Of a stretch of DNA of 40,296 bases, positions 34,619 through 40,296 are shown one piece after another. Below the pieces are notes generated by a model that made no database searches, had not been told where the DNA came from, and saw only the letters and a list, made by a program, of their open reading frames with translations. The stretch is from Macrostomum lignano. Taxonomy: Eukaryota. The position numbers and the translations under genes were made by a program. The stretch covers positions 1 through 40,296 of the forward strand of contig NIVC01004625.1 in assembly GCA_002269645.1 (NCBI GenBank). The letters run 5' to 3'. The stretch's first letter is position 1; each line of letters starts with the position of its first letter.

Positions 34619-34709
34619 GTTAGTTATGCGGTCAATATTGACATTAACTGTGCAAATTTCCATATACGCGGGTACATCGACGAAATTTAAAATTATTTTG
34701 CATTTCCAG

Positions 34710-34761
34710 GAAATGCTAACCGTAACGGTTGCGAGGAGAAACACGAGCGGCATGACGTTTG
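34710..34761 (+). CDS. TNF-superfamily ligand, exon 2 (short stalk)
   Basis: Acceptor TTTGCATTTCCAG. Reads EMLTVTVARRNTSGMTF. Donor G|GTGCGT, phase 1. Confidence 0.6.
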
Positions 34762-34826
34762 GTGCGTTTATTCTGACTTGTTAAAAGCGCTTAAAAACGC
34801 CCCTAAAACGCCGCCAAAACTCACTA

Positions 34827-35103
34827 AACTCTACCAAACCTCTACCAAACCTCTACCAAACCTCTACTAAACCTCTACCAAACCTCTACTAAACCTCTAC
34901 CAAACCTCTACCAAACCTCTACCAAACCTCTACCAAACCTCTACCAAACCTCTACCAAACCTCTACCAAACCTCTACCAAAACTCTACCAAACCTCTACC
35001 AAACCTCTACGAAACCTCTACCAAACCTCTACCAAAACTCTACCAAAACTCTACCAAAACTCTACCAAACCTCTACCAAACCTCTAACAAAACTCTACCA
35101 AAA
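34827..35103. repeat. 11-bp minisatellite (CTCTACCAAAC) in TNF intron 2
   Basis: About 25 visible units. Confidence 0.95.
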
Positions 35104-35210
35104 CTCATTGAAAGCGACCCAGCGCCCCCGCAACTCCACCGAAACGTATCAAAAAGGCTTCTTATTAGAAGTCTTTATTTTTTAATTCAACGTGATCCAC
35201 AGATTCTCAG

Positions 35211-35341
35211 CTTCTCGCACCATTGAAAGTTTTCACACACGAATCGAACTCGAATGGGCTGCTCGAAACTGCTTGAAGCTGACTGACAAGCAGCTGGGCG
35301 TTGAAATTCGTTGCTATGGCCTTTATATAGTTAGCGCACAG
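35211..35341 (+). CDS. TNF-superfamily ligand, exon 3 (N-terminal half of the TNF homology domain)
   Basis: Acceptor TTCTCAG, phase 1. Reads ...IELEW...KQLGVEIRCYGLYIVSAQ, matching the TNF pattern L.W...L.I...GLY.VYSQ. Perfect donor CAG|GTAAGT, phase 0. Confidence 0.8.
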
Positions 35342-35397
35342 GTAAGTCACGGGTCTCTGGAAAAAAGTAATGAAATAAAAAAGGATGCAATGACGTT

Positions 35398-35730
35398 GGA
35401 ATGGACACAGCGGAATCAGAATGGACACAATGAGAAAAGAATCGACACAGGGACTACTAGGTGTTTGAGTAGTCCCTGAATCGACACAATAAAGTCAGAA
35501 TGGACACAAAGAAGTAAGAATGGACATAATGACGTCGGAATGGACACAATAAGGTCATAATGGACACAGCGGAACCAGAATGTACACAATGAGAACAGAA
35601 TCGACACAATAAAGTCAGAATGGACACAATGAGGTCAGAATGGACACAATAAAGTCAGAATAGACACAATGAAGTCAGAATGGACAGAACGGGGTCAGAA
35701 TGGATACAATGAGGTCAGAGTGGGCACAAT
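35398..35730. repeat. Degenerate ~20-bp minisatellite (CACAATAAAGTCAGAATGGA) in TNF intron 3
   Basis: Recurrent AGAATGGACACAAT core. Confidence 0.8.
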
Positions 35731-35768
35731 GGGCTTAAAGTGATTCTGTAGAACCTGTCACTAAACAG

Positions 35769-36023
35769 GTAAGCTACACGAGCTGTCAATCAGCATCCTA
35801 CCTGAAGACAGCAGTGAGCATTAACAGCAAGGACCTGGCTACCTGCTACTCGACCAGCCTGGCCGCACACGCCACGCCAGTTCAAGCTTGCCAGCTGACC
35901 ACGGCACGCCGGATGAAGAACGGAGATCGGTTACAGTTGAAGCATTTCCACTGGCTGGCAGTGGCGACTGAAGCGCAGATGACTTTCATGACTGTCACCA
36001 TGATGGGAGCCGAAGTCAGCTGA
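35769..36023 (+). CDS. TNF-superfamily ligand, exon 4 (C-terminal half of the TNF homology domain)
   Basis: Acceptor CACTAAACAG, phase 0. Reads VSY...DLATC-x14-CQLTTARRMKNGDRLQL...TFMTVTMM, comparable to BAFF LFRC..SCYSAGIAKLEEGDELQL...TFFG. The four exons sum to 636 nt, or 211 aa plus stop. Confidence 0.82.
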   Translation, partial: VSYTSCQSASYLKTAVSINSKDLATCYSTSLAAHATPVQACQLTTARRMKNGDRLQLKHFHWLAVATEAQMTFMTVTMMGAEVS

Positions 36024-36123
36024 AGTGCACGAGGTGCCTTTGCTGAAGTTGAAAATGCTTTGATCTCTAACGCTCGTAGATGGGCCATATAAAACATTTT
36101 TAATATTAACTGGGTTTCTTAGT

Positions 36124-37135
36124 ATAGAGACAACTGCCATAGAGAGACAACTGCCATAGAGAGACAACTGCCATAGTGAACTGCCACCATAGAGAGACAA
36201 CTGACATAGAGAGAGAACTGCCATAGAGAGACAACTGACATAGAGAGAGAACTGCCATAGAGAGAGAACTACCATAGTGAACTGCCACCCTAGAGAGACA
36301 ACTGCCATAGAGAGACAACTGCCATAGAGAGACAACTGACATAGAGAGAGAACTGACATAGAGAGAGAACTGCCATAGTGAACTGCCACCATAGAGAGAC
36401 AACTGCCATAGAGAGACAACTGTCATAGAGAGACAACTGCCATAGAGAGACAACTGCCATAGAGAATTGCCATAGAGAGACAACTGCCATAGAGAATTGC
36501 CATAGAGATACAACTGCCATAAAGAGAACTGCCATAGAGAGAACTGCCATAGAGAGAACTGCCATAAAGAGAACTGCCATAGAGAGACAACTGCCATAGA
36601 GAATTGCCATAGAGAGACAACTGCCATAAAGAGAACTGCCATAGAGAGAACTGCCATAGAGAGAACTGCCATAGAGAGAACTGCCATAGAGAGAACTGCC
36701 ATAAAGAGAACTGCCATAGAGAGACAACTGCCATAGAGAGAACTGCCATAGAGAAATAACTGCCATAGAGAGACAACTGCCATAGAGAGACAACTGCCAT
36801 AGAGAGACAATTGCCATAGAGAGACAACTGCCATAGAGAGAACTGCCATAGAGAGAACTGCCATAGAGAACTGCCATATAGAGAGAACTGCCATAGAGAA
36901 CTGCCATATAGAGAGAACTGCCATAGAGAACTGCCATAGAGAGAACTGCCATAGAGAACTGCCATATAGAGAGAACTGCCATAGAGAACTGCCATAGAGA
37001 GAACTGCCATAGGGAGAACTCCCATAGAGAACTGCCATATAGAGAGAACTGCCATAGAGAACCGCCATAGAGAGACAACTGCCATGGAGAGACAACTGCA
37101 ATAAAGAGACAACTGCCATAGAGAACTGCCATAGA
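36124..37135. repeat. 15-20-bp minisatellite (ACTGCCATAGAGAGACA), immediately 3' of the TNF gene
   Basis: Tandem units, mainly period 17. Confidence 0.95.
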
Positions 37136-37639
37136 GTACTGCTATTGGAAGAGCTCCATAGCATACAATAGGCTACTATTCCTCGAGAGTTAACTGAAAG
37201 CAGAAAGAAACGTCTACACTAAGAAAATATGCTTATAAATGGCAAATTAAGTTTTATTTTATTTGAGCTTTTTAAAGTAAAAATTTGTTTAAAAATAAAA
37301 ATTTAAGGTTTTTATATTCTTTTAATTTTTCCCTTGACAATTTTTAACTTAAACGGTCAATGGCGCAGTGAAAAATTTGTACAATTTTTTCATACCTTTT
37401 CCTAATATACTACTTTCCTAATTTCATTCAAAAGCTGGGAACATTGTTTATGCACTCTTAGTGTTTCCGTTTTTGGAATAATTTTCTCCAAAAAAAACTC
37501 AAAAACCATTTCGATGCTACTTTGTTTTAGACAGCAAAGTATACCTTAACAGTTCGCAGTGTTCCAATGTTCGTCGATATGAAGCCGTTCAAGAATTCAA
37601 ATAGATTTCTTTCAAAACTTATCTCTGGGGGCATCGGCT

Positions 37640-38290
37640 GCGCTAATCTAGACCTGGAAAAGGCGCCAATCTGAATGCGAGAGAGGCGCCGATCTAGATC
37701 TGGAAAATGCGCCAATCTGAATGCGAGAGAGGCGCCGATCTAGACCTGGAAAAGGCGCCAATCTGAATGCGAGAGAGGCGCCGATCTAGACCTGGAAAAG
37801 GCGCCAATCTGAATGCGAGAGAGGCGCCGATCTAGACCTACAAAAGGCACCAATCTGTATGCGAGAGAGGCGCCGATCTAGACCTGGAAAAGGCGCCAAT
37901 CTGAATGCGAGAGAGGCGCCGATCTAGACCTGGAAAAGGCGCCAATCTGAATGCGAGAGAGGCGCCGATCTAGACCTGGAAAAGGCGCCAATATAGACCT
38001 GAGAGAAGCGCCAATCTAGACCTGAGAGAGGCGCCAATCTAGATCTGAGAGAGGCCCCAATCTAGACCTGAGAGAGGCGCCAATCTAGATATGAGACAGG
38101 CGCCAATCTAGATGTGAGAGAGGCGCCAATCTAGACCTGAGAGAAGCGCAAATCTAGACCTGAGAGAGGCGCTAATCTAGACCTGAGAGAGGCGCCAATC
38201 TAGACCTGAGAGAGGCGCCAATCTAGACCTGAGAGAGGCTCTAATCTAGACCTGAGAGAGGCGCTAATCGAGATGTGAAAGAGGCGCCCA
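37640..38290. repeat. Second array of the 23-bp GAGAGGCGCCAATCTAGA satellite, with a ~45-bp dimeric sub-array
   Basis: Same core and orientation as 31586-33945. Confidence 0.93.
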
Positions 38291-38709
38291 TGTTTTTACT
38301 AACCCCAAAATTATTGGAAAATAAAAAACGCGCATTGCTACTAAAAGGAGGTAATAACAACATGCATGCAGGACTGCTTTCCAAACTGTGCACAGCCAAA
38401 AGTGCATAGGCCACTAGAATTACTGGCCGGTGAAAAAACAGTTCAGTTAAGTATATGAAGGAAACCCAGCACCGGCAGGCCAAAAACTTTAGTCAAATAT
38501 TGCCGCGCTGAGTCCTTTGGAGGGAGACGAGAGCTTTGGAAGTATGGCTGGCGGTCAATACCGACTCATGCCATGCACCACCTTAATATAGCTTTTTGCC
38601 AAGTGCATCATCATAGCCTGTTTTATAGTACAGGGTCTCCCATGCAGGCAAGGTGTGAGGATGCTGTGGAGCTCAATTGTTTGGAAATTGTGCAGGGCTA
38701 TGGCCTAAA

Positions 38710-38770
38710 GCATGGGTCGGCTAACTCTGGCCCGTGGGCCAAATGCCGCAAAGACTCTCAATCCGGCCCT
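38710..38770 (+). mobile_element. Possible degenerate terminus of a hAT/Charlie-type MITE
   Basis: CATGGGTCGGCTAACTCTGGCCCGTGGGCCAAAT resembles the CAGGGGTCGGCAAAC..GGCCCGCGGGCC type of terminus. No partner end found. Confidence 0.35.
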
Positions 38771-38829
38771 AGGGTTTTTTATTCTATAGTCTTTATCTAG
38801 TCTCTAGTCTCTAGTGCTCTTATCTATAG

Positions 38830-39680
38830 TCTTTTCTCTTGGCTTCTCTCTCCTCTCTCTCCTCTTTTTCGATCTCCTCTCCTCTCTTCTCTCTCCTTTC
38901 CTCTCTTCCTCTCCCCTCCTCTCTAATCTCTTCCTCTCCTCTTCCTCTCCCCCTCTTTTCTATCTCTTCTCCTCTACTCTACTCTCCTCTCTTCTCTCTA
39001 CTCTCCTCTTTTCAATCTCCTCTCCTCTCTTCTCTCTCCTCTCCTCTTTTCAATCTCCTCTCCTCTTTTCAATCTCTCTCCTCTCTTCTCTCTACTCTCC
39101 TCTCCTCTTTTCAATCTCCTCTCCTCTCTTCTCTCTCCTCTCCTCTTTTCAATCTCCTCTCCTCTTTTCAATCTCCTCTCCTCTCTTCTCTCTACTCTCC
39201 TCTCCTCTTTTCAATCTCCTCTCCTCTCTCCTCCTCTCTTATCTCTTCGCTCTCCTCCCCTCCCTTAACCTCTCCTTTCTTCTCCCCTTCCTCTTTTCTC
39301 TTTCCTTTCTTCCCATTTCCTCCTCTCCTCTCGCCTCTCCTCTCCCTCCTCTCTTTTCCTCTCCTCTTCTTTCCTCTCTTCTCCTCTCCCCTCCTCTGTC
39401 ATCTCTTCTCTCTCCTCACCCCACCTCACCTCTTCTTCTCCTCTCTTCTCTCCTCTCTCCTCTCTTCTCTCCTCTCTCCTCCTCTTATCTCCTCTCTCTT
39501 CTTATCTCTTCTCTCTCTCTCCTCTCTCCTCTCCCTCTCATCTCTTCTCCTCTCTTCTCCTCTCCCATTCATCACTCCTATCTCTCGTCTCTTTTCGTCT
39601 TCTTTATTCTCTTGCCTTCTCTCTCCTTCCTCCTGTCTCCGTTCTCTCTTTTCTATTGCCTCATCTCTCTCCCTCCTCTT
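38830..39680. repeat. CT-rich low-complexity tract
   Basis: Nearly pure pyrimidine on the + strand, with internal TCCTCTCCTCTTTTCAATC duplications. Confidence 0.95.
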
Positions 39681-39907
39681 GCCCGCAGTCATGCTGCAGC
39701 TGCTCTATCGTCCGTAAAATTAAAGTTTGCGAAACCCCTGGCCTAAAGTACGAGAGTAATAATACAGTTTCCTCCAGCAGGAGGTTCAGGCTGTTGGAGG
39801 CGGCTATCCCGCCAAATGCTCAAGTTTTGGAATTTGATACGCCTAGCGTTAAAATTGTGATTAAAAGCACAATAGAAATGCGGGACCGACAAAAGATTAG
39901 TGTTTTG

Positions 39908-40075
39908 AGAGAGAAGAGAGCGGAAGAGAAGAAGAGGAGAAGAGAGCTGGAGGAGAGGACAAAGAGGGGAGAAGAGATGAGAGAGAGGATACGGGTAATG
40001 GGGGAGGGGGAGCGAGAAGAGGACAGGAGGTAGGAGAGAGGAGAGGAGAATGGAGAGTGGAGAAGTGGAGAGATA
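39908..40075. repeat. GA-rich low-complexity tract
   Basis: Purine-rich on the + strand. Confidence 0.85.
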
Positions 40076-40112
40076 GAAAGATAGATAGATAGATGGATAT
40101 AGATAGATAGAT

Positions 40113-40209
<97 letters not shown>

Positions 40210-40246
40210 AGATAGATAGATAGAAAGATAGATAGATAGATAGATG

Positions 40247-40296
<50 letters not shown>
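40076..40296. repeat. (GATA)n microsatellite running to the window end
   Basis: Direct observation. Confidence 0.97.

Noticed and set aside
31816-39746. Long ORFs at 31816, 32941, 36106-37164 and 38814-39746
   Set aside because: Translations of satellite or low-complexity DNA
1-40296. tRNA or rRNA genes
   Set aside because: None recognised; the only tRNA-related match is the retrotransposon PBS

Overview
Eukaryotic, repeat-rich invertebrate DNA. The GC-rich exons, minisatellite-filled introns and amidated neuropeptide suggest a free-living flatworm such as Macrostomum, but this is inference only. Three host genes can be reconstructed. (1) An intronless neuropeptide precursor at 2224-2819 (-) encodes 10 copies of W-x-x-x-S-R-L-amide peptides and carries a 1-bp frameshift. 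(2) A 5-exon gene at 16257-22460 (-) encodes about 648 aa, with a CCDC43-like N-terminus and two C-terminal CCCH zinc fingers. (3) A 4-exon TNF-superfamily ligand gene at 34421-36023 (+) encodes about 211 aa and appears in the ORF track only as unrelated fragments. Mobile DNA includes an intact full-length RTE-clade LINE (8955-12284, 13-bp TSD, unusual hairpins at both junctions), a Penelope-like relic interrupted by a Mag/gypsy relic with a tRNA-Ser PBS, a non-autonomous hAT element with perfect TIR and TSD, and two inverted copies of a MITE. At least a dozen tandem-repeat arrays are present, nearly one private array per intron. A CpG-depleted domain at about 22.9-29.45 kb is enriched in TAGGCCTA. 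No rRNA, tRNA or CRISPR array was seen. Exon models come from manual translation plus splice-site and phase consistency, not from transcript data.
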